Assembly (NCBI GenBank): GCA_963709405.1
Contig: CAVPXM010000036.1
Location: forward strand, 1-64,000
Source of the DNA: an uncultured Nitrososphaerales archaeon
GTDB lineage: Archaea > Thermoproteota > Nitrososphaeria > Nitrososphaerales > Nitrososphaeraceae
DNA length: 64,000 bases
Direction: 5' to 3'
Shown: positions 21,975 through 34,267 of the stretch, in pieces
Position numbering within the stretch: the first letter of the stretch is position 1
Layout: the number at the start of each line of letters is the position of its first letter
The notes under the pieces: generated by a model
Databases searched by the model: none
What the model saw: only the letters and a program-made list of their open reading frames with translations
Told to the model about the DNA's origin: nothing
Made by a program: the position numbers and the translations under genes

Positions 21975-22673
21975 CTAATTAATACGATCCACAATGCGAG
22001 GAATTTCACCTAATTTGGCAACTGTATATGTAGGATATTCATATTTGTTAATTGGTTCTTGTAATTTGAAAATTGAATTGGTAGTCCTAATAGTCCTCAT
22101 CCCAAGTTTGTTTGCCGGATATATGTCCGTGTCAAGTCTATCTCCCACCATAATACAGTTTTCCGGATCGTAAGTAGCTAGATTCAATGCAAACTGATAT
22201 ATTTTCAGACTGGGTTTTGCCATTTTAACTATGGATGAAATTACTTTGATATCAAAGAACTTGTCTACATTGTATTTTTGTAATAAATCAACAACATCCG
22301 GTGGCTGATTAGCTATTACACCTAGTTTATGACACTTTACTAGTGTATCTATCGTCAGTTTTGCATCGTCAAAAAGTCGAAATAATTTCGCACGCATCTC
22401 TCTAATTTCAGGCTCTAATTTTTTCAGTATAATTTTACCGTAGTTTGACTTACATACAAGTCTGCATACTTCAATTATCAACTCGTTGATGCCGCCACTA
22501 CCAATCATGCGATTCCTTATTACATTATCTCTAACTGTTTGATAGTTTCGCTTATCAATTTTTGTCCCAAAACCATTCAGTAGTTCTAAGAAACGCTGGT
22601 CAAAGTAATCGAAAAAGCTCCATTCGTTTATTAGAGTCTGGCCGATATCAAAAAAAATGCATAGCCCATTCAT
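21975..22673 (-). CDS. HAD superfamily hydrolase
   Basis: FFDIGQTL, KP motif, MVGDRLDTDIYPANKLGM. Confidence 0.9.
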   Translation of the reverse strand: MNGLCIFFDIGQTLINEWSFFDYFDQRFLELLNGFGTKIDKRNYQTVRDNVIRNRMIGSGGINELIIEVCRLVCKSNYGKIILKKLEPEIREMRAKLFRLFDDAKLTIDTLVKCHKLGVIANQPPDVVDLLQKYNVDKFFDIKVISSIVKMAKPSLKIYQFALNLATYDPENCIMVGDRLDTDIYPANKLGMRTIRTTNSIFKLQEPINKYEYPTYTVAKLGEIPRIVDRIN

Positions 22674-22895
22674 TGTGAATGTGGGATTCTAAATCTCTTC
22701 AATTAAATTAACATTTCCTTCGTTGCTAATGACATGTGATACGGTCATAAACACGGATCCGCGATAGGCATTCGTGATACAAACTTAACTGATTCCACCT
22801 TATTTCTAATTGATAATGGATCATAATAGTTGCCGGTGACTATCGAAATTTGCAACGTTAATAACTATAAAAATGAGATATAAGTTACATTACTT

Positions 22896-23342
22896 GTGAG
22901 CTCGGTCAGCGAAATTATGTCTTCTAACGATATTGTTACAGTTCCTACAGATTCACAGAAAACCGCAGAAGATGTCGCAAACCTGATGATAAAGAAAAAA
23001 GTAGGTTCAGTTATAGTAATAGATAAAAAAATGCAGCCGGTCGGTATAATCACTGAACGCGATATAATTAAGCGCGTCTGTTCAAAAAATATATATCCGA
23101 ACAAAATTCAGGTGGAAGAGATAATGTCGTCACCACTTATAACTATCATGTCCTATGACTCTGTCGATACTGCGTCTAGGATCATGATTAAAAATAAGAT
23201 TAAGCACCTTGTAGTTCTAGAAGAAGATAATCGAATCACGGGTTTATTGAGTGTGACAGATATAACCAAAAAGTTAGCAAAAATTCTACTTGACGATCAT
23301 AATAGACATAGATCGTTACGGTTTGCAATAGATCTTTCGTGA
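22896..23342 (+). CDS. CBS domain pair protein
   Basis: VGSVIV...PVGIITERDI, IMSSPLITI, GLLSVTDI. Confidence 0.93.
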   Translation: MSSVSEIMSSNDIVTVPTDSQKTAEDVANLMIKKKVGSVIVIDKKMQPVGIITERDIIKRVCSKNIYPNKIQVEEIMSSPLITIMSYDSVDTASRIMIKNKIKHLVVLEEDNRITGLLSVTDITKKLAKILLDDHNRHRSLRFAIDLS

Positions 23343-24055
23343 ATCGTTCCTATACACTTATAACGACGACTTAACTGACACGTGCGTTATCGCTGAAATA
23401 GATTTTGTGTGACTAACGTGATCCCATTTTGGAACTATGATAAAATGAACGTAGGATTTTGATTAGGCAACGAATAATATTTGAACGCATTTTCTCCAAA
23501 GAAATATCTAGGAATCATATTGAATGACATGGTTGATGCAATTTTTGATAATTACCTCATTCATTTTAATAATTATATTATGCCAAAGATGAACATCAGG
23601 TCTTATATGTCTTCATTCAAGTTTTCGTAACCATTATTACACATAATTTGCTTATACATGAATAAATTGTATTGTCCGCTAATTATGCTGAAGACTAGAC
23701 TTGATACATTTTTTGGCGATATTATTATATTGAAACTCTTCATGAGGTTGTCTGATTTGGAGAATCCTAAAATGCGCAGACGTATACAAATCAACTAAGA
23801 GATGATATCTTTTGCAAAACTAAATCAAGTTTATGCTATATTTTGATTATCAATCCGGTTTTCTGGAAATAAGCGATTCACTAACAACATGAATTGCCAC
23901 AATCTATTACGGTTCTCGGTAAAAATTGACTTGAAAGCTTAATGAGTCTTCCCAGTTAAAGATGAGTCAATTTGCGTCATTGCCAATTTGCATATGTTCT
24001 GGTTAATTAGAACTCCATAAAAGATATATTATTACATATCTAGAGGTAGGTTATC

Positions 24056-25894
24056 ATGAACAATAATATCACTGCCAATTCTAAACATGATAACAATTTG
24101 CTTTCGAGAGATCATATCAAATGGGGAAAAAAAGTGGAAACAGACAATTTTGCTCAAAAAGTTAAACTTTTTAGACGGCATAAATTAAGTGATGACGATT
24201 TTCGTCGTTTCAGATTGCAACATGGTGCTTATGGTTCTAGACTACAGGCGGGCTACAGTATGATAAGAATCAAAGTTCCAAGTGGAGAGATTACACCTGA
24301 GCAACTTGAAAAAATAGCAAGTTTATCTGAAGCTTTCTCAATAGGCTCGGCTCATGTATCCACTCGTCAGAATATCCAACTGCACTGGGTACAGCTTGAA
24401 GATGTTAGTGAAGTTATGCGAGGTCTTGTTGAGGTCGGCCTAACTACGCGAGAGGCATGTGGTAATACAGTTAGAAATGTTATGTGTAGCCACTTTGCAG
24501 GTGTATGTGCAAATGAGGAGTTTGATCCAAGCCCATACTCTAAAGCGATTGCTCTCTTCTTTCTCCGAAACCCTGTTTGCCAAAATCTTCCACGTAAATT
24601 CAAGATCAATTTTTCTTGTTGCGCGGATCATGGGCTAGTGAGAATTGCAGATATTGGCCTTGTACCAATGACTAATGACGATGGTGTAAAGGGCTTTCGA
24701 ATCTATCTTGGGGGAGGTTTGGGCGCAGCTTCATTTTTGGGGCATCTTCTGGAAGATTTTACATCCAAAGATAGGCTTCTTTCGACTTGTTTAGCTACTA
24801 TCCGGTTATTTGATAGACACGGAAACCGCGAAAATATGGCTAGAAATAGGATGCGATATTTAGTTAATGAAATGGGTTGGGACACATTTCAAAGAATGGT
24901 GATCAAGGAACGAACCGTGGTGGAAATGACTATTGCTAGCTCTACTTTAGAATCTTTCCAAGTTGATACAGAGAATGACCAAAAAGAATTGTCCAAGACT
25001 GAGGCTAGATTTTTGAAATTGCCGGGCTTGGATCCCCAGAAGACTTCAAGAAAGACTCCATATGAAAGATGGGTGCACACCAATGTCGTTCCTCAAAAGC
25101 AACAAGGCTACTTCACGGTATTTGTAACATTGGGAGCTGGAGACATTACTGCGAATCAATTAAGAGTATTGTCCCAAGCCATTCGCGAATTTTCTATAGA
25201 AGGAACCGCAAGAAACACGCCACACCAAAATTTTGCAATTAGGTATATAACTGAGAAAGACGTGCATGATTTCTATGCTCGATTAGCAACTGCAGGGTTA
25301 GTCAACCCTGGTGCTCTAACCATTGCGTCAGCAGTAGGATGTACCGGAACTACTTCATGTAACTTGGCGATTACTAATTCTCATAGATTAGCAAAGGAAA
25401 TAGAATACAAATTTTTAGAATTAGAGCATGACATTGATGATGATTTAAGAGATTCCACCATTAAAATTAGTGGATGTCCTAATTCATGTGGGCAGCACGA
25501 GGTCGCAACAATTGGATTCTTCGGCGGAGCTTCAAGGATTGGAAATGCAATGGCGCCAACATATACAATGCTATTTGCAGGAAACACTGGGGAACAAGGA
25601 GAACTTGGGAAGACAATCATGCGTGTTCCAGCGAAACGTGTGATTGATATTCTACGAAAAATAATTGAGATATACAAACAGAATAAGTCCGGTACCGAGA
25701 CGTTAAAGCAATGGATCCATAAAATCGCAAATGGACTTGGGACAGGAAGCGTTAAGGATATTGATGATATGAAGATTCTACTATCTCCAATCACACAGTT
25801 GACCCCAATAGAACAGGATCCTGAGTCGTACAAGGACTATGGTAGTGACATAAGATTCTCTGCGAAGACTGCCCGAGGAGAATGTGCGGCATAA
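24056..25894 (+). CDS. Ferredoxin-dependent sulfite/nitrite reductase (siroheme, 4Fe-4S), likely assimilatory sulfite reductase
   Basis: STRQNIQLH, ACGNTVRNV, NLPRKFKI, GCTGTTSC, KISGCPNSCGQH; coupled to a rhodanese. Confidence 0.92.
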   Translation: MNNNITANSKHDNNLLSRDHIKWGKKVETDNFAQKVKLFRRHKLSDDDFRRFRLQHGAYGSRLQAGYSMIRIKVPSGEITPEQLEKIASLSEAFSIGSAHVSTRQNIQLHWVQLEDVSEVMRGLVEVGLTTREACGNTVRNVMCSHFAGVCANEEFDPSPYSKAIALFFLRNPVCQNLPRKFKINFSCCADHGLVRIADIGLVPMTNDDGVKGFRIYLGGGLGAASFLGHLLEDFTSKDRLLSTCLATIRLFDRHGNRENMARNRMRYLVNEMGWDTFQRMVIKERTVVEMTIASSTLESFQVDTENDQKELSKTEARFLKLPGLDPQKTSRKTPYERWVHTNVVPQKQQGYFTVFVTLGAGDITANQLRVLSQAIREFSIEGTARNTPHQNFAIRYITEKDVHDFYARLATAGLVNPGALTIASAVGCTGTTSCNLAITNSHRLAKEIEYKFLELEHDIDDDLRDSTIKISGCPNSCGQHEVATIGFFGGASRIGNAMAPTYTMLFAGNTGEQGELGKTIMRVPAKRVIDILRKIIEIYKQNKSGTETLKQWIHKIANGLGTGSVKDIDDMKILLSPITQLTPIEQDPESYKDYGSDIRFSAKTARGECAA

Positions 25895-25900
25895 AATATT

Positions 25901-26767
25901 TTGAAAATATCAAATTCACAAAAAACTAGGCATATGAATATTAAAAAATACGATCGCAGTACTAACGCTAATGTCCATATCCAGGTACCCATAATCTGTG
26001 ACGCAGACACGGTACGAACATTAATTCTAAAGAATTCGGTGAGGGTAGTAGATGTTCGCAAACTCGAAGAATATCTTCAGGAACATATCAAGAGTGCAGT
26101 ATCGTTGCCACTTTCGCAAATATTAGAAAAAGACCCATCTGAAATCATAGATATTTTACGAAATTTGGGCGTTTCTGACACGATGCCAATTGTAATTTAT
26201 GATAATACCTTTGGTGCGTTGGCTGCACGTGTTGCTTGGACATTTCAGTATGTAGGCCATTCTAATACGTCACTACTTGAGATGACATTTAGTCAATGGA
26301 AAAACATGGGATTAGAAACTGAGTCGAAAAAAAATAGCTTTCCAAAAACAGAACATACATTACGTATCAACCACGAGATTCAGGCAGATGCATCATATGT
26401 GGATTTAGCAAAAGAACAGGAAGATAAATATTTGGTGGATACAAGAGAGCGGTTAAATTTTTTGACTGAGCACATACCAAAAGCGAAAAATATTCCCTAT
26501 ACTATGTTAAGATCTGATGTGAGCATATTACGTAAACCAGAAGAGATAAGAAGATTAATCGAGAATAGAGGCATGTCAATTGATTCTGAATTTATTACCT
26601 ATTGTGGTAGTGCTGGAACTTTATCTGGATTGACTTATTATGCGCTCAAATTAGCCGGAATAAAAAATGTCAAACTGTATTCTAAATCATTCAGAGAGTG
26701 GAAAAAGTTAGGTAAAATTAAAGAAGAATTTAAAGACGCTAATTATTGGGATCTGTCAGCAGATTAG
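25901..26767 (+). CDS. Tandem-domain rhodanese/thiosulfate sulfurtransferase
   Basis: VVDVR..EY..EHIKSA, AARVAW, HIPKA, TYCGS active-site loop. Confidence 0.9.
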   Translation: MKISNSQKTRHMNIKKYDRSTNANVHIQVPIICDADTVRTLILKNSVRVVDVRKLEEYLQEHIKSAVSLPLSQILEKDPSEIIDILRNLGVSDTMPIVIYDNTFGALAARVAWTFQYVGHSNTSLLEMTFSQWKNMGLETESKKNSFPKTEHTLRINHEIQADASYVDLAKEQEDKYLVDTRERLNFLTEHIPKAKNIPYTMLRSDVSILRKPEEIRRLIENRGMSIDSEFITYCGSAGTLSGLTYYALKLAGIKNVKLYSKSFREWKKLGKIKEEFKDANYWDLSAD

Positions 26768-26987
26768 AGAAGCTTATTGATCTAATATCTGACGATTTAG
26801 GCAAATTGCTTTTCTACTCAATGGGAATTTCCGAAATTCATATTTATGACACGTTCTAATGTATCGTCATTGTCCATCATCTTTTACCAACTCTTCTCGC
26901 CCACAATAAGTAGTCGTCATATAACTGTGACTAAAAACTGCCAAAACTTAGAAGATTGAATATATCTATTCACAAATGTCGTCATTG

Positions 26988-27224
26988 TCATCTTGCATCC
27001 TTTATCTTCTTTATCCTAAAGCATAGATCGCAATGTTCTGGACATGCATCATGTATACATACATTCCTCATACTATTACAATTAAAACACCATATCTCCT
27101 TGGAAAACAAAGAGTGTTTTAATAGAATTGACTTTTGTATATTTGTTGTCCTATATTCTGACAAATTCTCTTCTAAGCACTGCGTAGCAGATTGATCCAG
27201 ATTGTCTCCACCCGACGCATTCAC
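26988..27224 (-). CDS. Possible Cys-rich microprotein
   Basis: WCFNC...CIHDACPEHCDLC. Confidence 0.4.
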   Translation of the reverse strand: MNASGGDNLDQSATQCLEENLSEYRTTNIQKSILLKHSLFSKEIWCFNCNSMRNVCIHDACPEHCDLCFRIKKIKDAR

Positions 27225-27714
27225 TGATTAGTATGAAAGCTCATAGATCATCGAGTACTGGTATGCACTTAAGTTTTGTAAGGAACGTGTTTTCAAGAGT
27301 TAGTCTATAATATCAATCTGATGAATGTGCGCTCGAGTAAATAAATCGTAACTTCAAACACTATCACTTCTAGGTATTGCGACAATTTTCTTTTATTCTA
27401 AGGCGCATCGATAACGTAACAATTAGAAGATGTTGCATGATCATGCTCTAAACCGCTTGCGATTTTAGACTTTATTAAATGGGAAATTTAGTGATGATGA
27501 GACGCTCATACAAACTAACTTGTTGCATAATCAAGCTAACAAAGCATTACCTAGCTGGCATTCTTATATTTTCTATGTTGTTTTGATATAACATAATGAG
27601 TTAAGAATATGCTTTCCTAAGAAAGGAGATTTTCAGATAGAAGTTAAAGTCTAATACTTTAATCTAGCGTACTCAAATCACACGTAAAAATACGAAAAAA
27701 TATCCTCAAATCTA

Positions 27715-28404
27715 GGCTCTGTTCACTTAACAACCTTTTCCATAATCTCTCTATTATGGATATCTACAAATAGACTCAACCAATTCATGACATGTTTTAG
27801 CTTACAATCATTATTTCTTTTACAAGGGAAATAATCATCAAAACACTCAGTTCTATCTTTTATGTACTGTATCGTCCTTTCTATGAAGCTTTTTTCAATC
27901 GAGGAATGATTATGATGTTTAACATTCAGGAATCTACATGCTTGTGGATACCAAGTACCACCATCTGTTGAAATATTGTGTTTTCAATATTTTCTAATCA
28001 GTGATTTTATGAACTGTTCAGCCACAAGCATGTTCCTTTCAATTGAGATGCGTATACCTAAGATTGTCTTATTGGTTGGCTCAATCGCAGCCCATAACCA
28101 TCATACATAGTCACTACCTACTTTAATCAATGTTTCATCTATGATAAATTCAGATAGTTTGCGTCTCGTTTGCAATATTTTCCTTGGCTTGTATCGCTGG
28201 ATCCAGTTCCAAATAGAAACATGGTTTCTTTTGATAAATCGAGATAGCCTTTGTGATGTTTTTCGAACTGATAAGCCTGAAAAGTATAACTATAATGCGT
28301 AGTAAACATATTTTGAAGAGGTCCTACGTCTTTCTTTGGATATGGCCATTATGAGAATGTAGGAAGTTTTTAGCTAAAGGTTTATCCGTTAAGTGAACAG
28401 AGTC
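27715..28404 (-). mobile_element. IS6-family element with degraded transposase, 17-bp IRs and 8-bp target duplication
   Basis: Ends GGCTCTGTTCACTTAAC / GTTAAGTGAACAGAGTC (1 mismatch); CAAATCTA at 27707-27714 and 28405-28412; fragments LYFSGLS.R, NHVSIWNWIQ, IIDET, STDGGTWYPQAC, IERTIQYIKDRTE with stops/frameshifts. Confidence 0.93.
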
Positions 28405-28464
28405 CAAATCTATTGTTAAAGGAATAAATATATCCTGCCTCGAGTCCACCATCCTTACTTCATA

Positions 28465-29769
28465 CTACGGTATAATCCTAGACATCGTTCGCGGGAACAA
28501 CACTGTGTCTTTTATATCTTCAATATTGGCTATCCATCTTATTAAGCGTTCAATACCCATCCCAAATCCGCCATGTGGTACTGAACCAAATCTTCTTAAG
28601 TCAAGATACCACCCATATGCAGAGGGATCAAGTCCCTCTTTCTGCATCCTTTCTTTAATGGACAAAATATTGTCTTCTCTCATCCCTCCACTAGCAATCT
28701 CCCCAAACCCTTTAGGAGCCAGTAAATCCGCTGTGAGTCCGATTCCCTTATTCTGCACATACTCCTTAACGTAGAAGGGCTTTGTATCGATAGGATAACC
28801 AGTCACAAAAAGAGGTTTTCTAGCATCTTTTGTTAGTTCGCGTTCTGAGTCAATATTGAGATCGTCTCCTATTCTAATCATTCTTTTGTCCCCACTCGCA
28901 TCTAATACCTTAAACTCTCTGGATTGGAGAGTGTCAATTGCCTTTTCATAAGACATTCTATCAAATGGTACTTCAACATCCTTTAGACTAGTAACATCTC
29001 TTTTTAGGAAGATAAGAGATTCTGATCTTTCTCTAACAGTATTGTGGACTATATACGATATTAATCGTTCCTCCACTTTTAATATATCTTCGAGATCTTC
29101 CAGTGGTGTCTCTGCTTCTAAATGCGAGAATTCTGCAAGATGTCTTACTGTTCTTGATTTTTCTGCTCTAAATGATGGAGTAATACTCCATACTGGACCC
29201 AAAGAGAAGATCATTGCCTCAAGATAAAGTTGTGCACTCTGTGAAAGGTAAGCCTCTTCATTAAAGTATTTCAATTTGAAAAGCGTGGAGCCGCCTTCTA
29301 CTGCCCCTTTAACAATAATAGGTGGAGTTACTTCTATCCAATCATTGTCTATAAAAAATAGGCGGGCAAATTTTAAGATTGAAGACCTGATTTTTGCAAT
29401 CTCAATCATTCGTCTAGTCCTTATTGCAAGATGCCTATTGTCTAGTAATAGTTCCGCACTCTGATATTCGCCTATTGGGAAATCTACATCTGCAATATTA
29501 AATACCATTAAACTATCACCTCTGATTTCATAGCCACCTTCTGGTGCTCTATTGTCCGCTCGTAATATACCAGATACTTCAACAGAGGATTCGATTGTAA
29601 TATGTGCTACCTTTTGAGTTGGGAATACGCACTGAATAACTCCACCACGATCATCTCGGATCAGCAGAAAAGTGTTTTCCTTCTGTTTACGCAATCTATG
29701 TACCCAGCCTCTGATCGTAATCTCCTGGCCTACATGATCAGGGGTTTTAATATCATTAACTCGTTGCAT
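28465..29769 (-). CDS. asnS: Asparagine--tRNA ligase (class IIb Asx family)
   Basis: RGWVHRLR OB fold, VEGGSTLF, YLSQSAQLYLE, FRAEKSRTVRHLAEF, PHGGFGMGIER. Confidence 0.85.
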   Translation of the reverse strand: MQRVNDIKTPDHVGQEITIRGWVHRLRKQKENTFLLIRDDRGGVIQCVFPTQKVAHITIESSVEVSGILRADNRAPEGGYEIRGDSLMVFNIADVDFPIGEYQSAELLLDNRHLAIRTRRMIEIAKIRSSILKFARLFFIDNDWIEVTPPIIVKGAVEGGSTLFKLKYFNEEAYLSQSAQLYLEAMIFSLGPVWSITPSFRAEKSRTVRHLAEFSHLEAETPLEDLEDILKVEERLISYIVHNTVRERSESLIFLKRDVTSLKDVEVPFDRMSYEKAIDTLQSREFKVLDASGDKRMIRIGDDLNIDSERELTKDARKPLFVTGYPIDTKPFYVKEYVQNKGIGLTADLLAPKGFGEIASGGMREDNILSIKERMQKEGLDPSAYGWYLDLRRFGSVPHGGFGMGIERLIRWIANIEDIKDTVLFPRTMSRIIP

Positions 29770-30740
29770 AGATTCTTAGACATCATATGATTCATATCCT
29801 ACTTCTTAAGAATTATGTTAACATTTAACAATGGACCATCGTCGATCGTTGTGGTAATAGGTTTCATTCTTAATATCTCATTTTTGAAACGTAATATATC
29901 AATACCTGTTGCGAAGTTTCTCTCTCCCTATTGCGCTACATTGCTTCTGATATACAGTAATAGTTTTATGATCATTTCATTCTATGCAACTTCCTTGAAA
30001 TATAAGTTCAACAATCATCATTTCTGTGACATACCAAGCGAATTAAGTCCTAAATGTTTTGGCTAAAGTGAAGGATGCAGACTACGCCGTAATAATACTT
30101 TTATGGTCTCTCAGTTGGTAAATTTGTGATCACATTAAACAACCGACGTTCGTAAAATTTCTAGATTAGCTCTACTTTGAAGCAAGAAAAGATTTTTGCA
30201 TTTAGTAAAACCATCACTTGACAGTTTTCCGAGTCTACAGAGATCAACATGCGTACAATACGTGACTCTGTGTAAGAATAAAGATATTAATAAACTTCAA
30301 GTCAAAGAAATATACATCTCACACATTCGAAAATTGTTGTTCGCTGCTATGAACTTGATTCATTCAAATACTTCTTGATATTGATCAAAAGCGAATCTAG
30401 ATAGGCGGCACAATACCAACTCTTTAAGTAACTGAAGAACTACAAAGTTCCCTTTGAACTACAGCTGAATAGCAAGTGATCTAGAGATAAAAATGGTCGG
30501 GTTGAAGTTAGAGTAAAGAGAGGTGTGGTTACGAAAATAAATATTTTACAACCTTCTGAAGAGATATAAGGTGTGTCTAACATTTTAGTATATTGCTTTG
30601 TTAACTATGTCCAGAATTAGGACAGGATAAGTCTGGATTCATAAGGTGACAAGCATGAATCATTGAATTTCTTAATTGTAGACAGCCATTCCATCCCATT
30701 GCATTACAGATAATTATTCATGATTTTCAAAGTCTGACAA

Positions 30741-31742
30741 TTAATGTTGGATCAATTTAGGATACAGGAAGCAGGAAACAAAATGGTTAGCCTCTTTTTG
30801 TTCCAGTGTAGGCTCGTCTGAGCATATTTCCATGGAATAAAGGCACGATTGACAAAATCTACAGCCCACATCAGTTTTACAACCGCCATGTTTTATACGA
30901 ATTATCTTTTCGCCTTGCAAGTTTTCTGGATCAGGTTCAGAGACTGCATCAATTAATGCCTGAGTATATGGATGAAGCGGCTTTAATAGTACTTGATTGA
31001 TTGGCCCAATTTCTACTATTTTGCCAGCGTACATTATTGCAATATTATCGCCAATATATCTAGATGTGGAAAGATCATGGGTAATGTAAATGTATGAAAT
31101 GTGTAGCTTATCCTTCATGGTTTTCATCAATTGTAATATTTCTGCTCTGACGGATATGTCAAGCATCGAAACTGGTTCATCAGCTACGATTATTTTCGGA
31201 TTTATCACAAGCGCCCTAGCTAGGGCGACCCTTTGTCTTTGACCACCGGAGAGCATATGAGGAAATTTACTAGATACATCAGTTGCAGGTTCTAATCTTA
31301 CATTTTCTAATGCTCTAATTACTTGTTCTTCCCGTTCCTTCTTTGAAGAATATAGATGATGAACAATAAGCGGTTCTGATACGATATCCATCACTCTCCA
31401 ACGCGGGTCAATAGAAGTATACGGATCCTGCTGTACCATTTGAATTTTGGTTCTAAAATCTTTCAGTCTGTTACCTCGTTTTTTTGTAATATCTTGCCCT
31501 TCAAATAATATTGAACCACTATCCGGTTCAATAGCTCGTAGAATTAATCTAGCCAAAGTACTCTTGCCAGATCCGGACTCTCCAGCAATGACAAATACCT
31601 CACCTTTATTTATCTTAAAACTTACATCGTCAACAGCTTTAATGTATTGAGCTCCTTCTTGCGGATGAAATGAACTTCTAAGACTCTTCTTAACAGGGAA
31701 ATACTTTCTAAGATTGGATACAGTAAGGATTTCGCTCAACAA
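30741..31742 (-). CDS. Oligopeptide/dipeptide ABC transporter ATP-binding protein (OppF/DppF type)
   Basis: GESGSGKS, LSGGQRQR, VADEP, THDL, HPYT, C-terminal Cys cluster. Confidence 0.95.
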   Translation of the reverse strand: MLSEILTVSNLRKYFPVKKSLRSSFHPQEGAQYIKAVDDVSFKINKGEVFVIAGESGSGKSTLARLILRAIEPDSGSILFEGQDITKKRGNRLKDFRTKIQMVQQDPYTSIDPRWRVMDIVSEPLIVHHLYSSKKEREEQVIRALENVRLEPATDVSSKFPHMLSGGQRQRVALARALVINPKIIVADEPVSMLDISVRAEILQLMKTMKDKLHISYIYITHDLSTSRYIGDNIAIMYAGKIVEIGPINQVLLKPLHPYTQALIDAVSEPDPENLQGEKIIRIKHGGCKTDVGCRFCQSCLYSMEICSDEPTLEQKEANHFVSCFLYPKLIQH

Positions 31743-32472
31743 TTAATATAGTTGACTATTCAATGAATATATACGATTTCTTTGCATAAAGAACAGATGC
31801 CCAACGTAGTTACAGGCGAGAGATATGCGCTCATATGGTATTGGTAAGATATGACCATATTCATACCTTCCCTAATTTGCAAATACATGAGCACGTGTAG
31901 TAGGAAGCATCAATAGTACTATTTAGAATGAGGTATTTGAGGAGCCGGAAGAGAAGTTACGTGATATCCTCATATTGAAACTAATCGCTGTCTTGTAATA
32001 TAGAGGCTTTTGACGAGGTCAGCGCCAAGAATCTTAGAATAATCCGGACCGACGAAATTAACTGGGCATACGGCAAGAGATATTGTACATATACATTAGT
32101 GTTGCATAATATTAACAGCAACCACTTCTTAAATTGAGATATTTGTAATCTAAAATATGCATGAATATTGTATGGAATTGGTTCGTCTTATAATTACGAC
32201 GCAGATATTTAATTAGAATATTCAATCCTTAATACAAATCTCAATCGAACGACCGTGCTGGGAGTTGCGCAAGTGAACAAACAGAAAAGCTTTGTACGCA
32301 TCCTTGTTCGTCTGCAAACCATGTCGATTAGGTTTACATAGACACCAAAAGTAGTACATATTAGTCATTGGATCGAAATTTTTAACTTAATTCAGATCAT
32401 GTTTAGTAAGGCCCGCTATCTGGCTCAGAGTATGAACATTTAATTAGATAGGAAAATAATTGCTGTTAGCCA

Positions 32473-33711
32473 TTGACTGGAAAGACTTGTGAGAAGGAAA
32501 TAGAGGTAAGGGGACATCTTATCGATTCGATGATCCTCACGAAAATATTTGACAAGATAATGGATCTTAAGGGTGATTTTGAAGTTTTAGAGTTCAATAT
32601 AGGAAAAAGGAAGAGAGATCATAGTTATGCACACCTTTTAGTTCGTGGCAACACACCGGAGCATTTAACTGAGTTATTGGAATCGATATATATTGAAGGA
32701 GCGCAACCCGCATCGATCGAACAAGTCATCCTTGAACCAGCTCCTAAAAATATGGTAATGCCTATTAATTTTTATAGTACTACAAATAATACCACCGAGA
32801 TTTATTACAAAGGTTCATGGATTACTGTCGACAATATGATGATGGATAAGTGTATAGTAGTAGATACAAGAAGTAACAAAGCAGAATGTAAAATGATACG
32901 TGATATAAAAAAAGGAGAAATGATCGTTATTGGAGAACAAGGTATCAGAATAATTCCCCAAGAACGACCGAGGGAAGGTGTGGATATCTTTCAATTTATG
33001 AGTAGTAGTAGTTCGAGTGAACGTCCTACTCAACAAATTGCTCGAAAAGTTGCATCGGATATCGATCGAACTAAGCATGTAGAAAAGGGAAGAATCGTGG
33101 TAGTGTCAGGGCCAGTCCTAATTCACTCTGGTGCTTCTGAGGCTATGGTTAAGTTGATTCGTATGGGCTATATAGATGGTCTTTTGGCTGGTAACGCATT
33201 AGCTGTTCATGACGTAGAAAATGCATTGATGGGAACTTCTCTAGGAATGCGAGTGAATGATGGCACTCTCGCAATAAGAGGTCATAGAAATCATATGCAA
33301 GCTGTTAACGAGGTATTCAGAGCAGGATCCCTAAATGCAATGGTTAAAGAAAAGATATTAACAAGGGGAATATTCTACGAATGCATTACAAGGAATGTTC
33401 CATTCGTATTAGCAGGTTCAATAAGAGATGATGGGCCTATTCCAGACGTCTTAACAGACATAGTTGAAGCCCAACGCCAATATAAACAAATTTTGAAGAA
33501 TGTAAAGATGGTTTTGATGTTTTCTACAATGTTACATTCTATAGCTGTCGGTAATATGCTTCCAGCTTCGGTTAAGGTTGTTGCTGTAGATATTAGCCAA
33601 TCAGTTGTAACAAAGCTTCTTGACAGAGGAACTACCCAAGCTATCGGGATAGTAACTGATGTCGGAACCTTTCTGCCGATGGTGTTGCAACATTTAGAAA
33701 AACTAACATAA
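32473..33711 (+). CDS. TIGR00300 family protein (LOR/SDH-related, ornithine cyclodeaminase-like)
   Basis: GHLIDS, FYSTTN, MMMD, SSSSERP, AGNALAVHD, LAGSIRDDGP, MLHSIAVGN. Confidence 0.92.
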   Translation: MTGKTCEKEIEVRGHLIDSMILTKIFDKIMDLKGDFEVLEFNIGKRKRDHSYAHLLVRGNTPEHLTELLESIYIEGAQPASIEQVILEPAPKNMVMPINFYSTTNNTTEIYYKGSWITVDNMMMDKCIVVDTRSNKAECKMIRDIKKGEMIVIGEQGIRIIPQERPREGVDIFQFMSSSSSSERPTQQIARKVASDIDRTKHVEKGRIVVVSGPVLIHSGASEAMVKLIRMGYIDGLLAGNALAVHDVENALMGTSLGMRVNDGTLAIRGHRNHMQAVNEVFRAGSLNAMVKEKILTRGIFYECITRNVPFVLAGSIRDDGPIPDVLTDIVEAQRQYKQILKNVKMVLMFSTMLHSIAVGNMLPASVKVVAVDISQSVVTKLLDRGTTQAIGIVTDVGTFLPMVLQHLEKLT

Positions 33712-34267
33712 CGTCAAGAAAAACCCATTTATTTTTCAATTTTCAAGTTACAACTCGTTCGCTAATAGTCCTGATGAATGAACACATTATGGATTATTCC
33801 AGCGAGTTTCACGACATCATGGTATAAAAATTTATGTTACAATTGTCTATAGATTAATAATGTAAACGGAATTCCTTTATGTAGGAACGAATTAGTAATA
33901 TGACCAAATTGTAGTGTTATTCACGTTATATAAAAAGACTTGCTCATTTATATTACGTTTGGCCAAATTCATATACATCTTATTTTTAGGTGATTATGAA
34001 TCGCCAATTTGAAAACTAAAATAATCTATGACGAATGTCAGTACCTATGAATTAAGAAAGTCACGGGATTGCAAATTACATCATGACTTTGATACAACGA
34101 AACCAATGGCAAAAATTTGATACGAACGTGACAATGCAAAATTTATGGTATAGTACCGAATCGATAATGTTTAATACCCAAACTTTTGAATGGTGTGATC
34201 TCGATATCAGTACTGTGTGACAATATCACGCATGAATTCAACTCAAATACATTATTGAAGAAAAATA

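Noticed and set aside
29815-30378. Two short plus-strand ORFs between asnS and the ABC ATPase
   Set aside because: No motifs, and composition typical of AT-rich intergenic DNA
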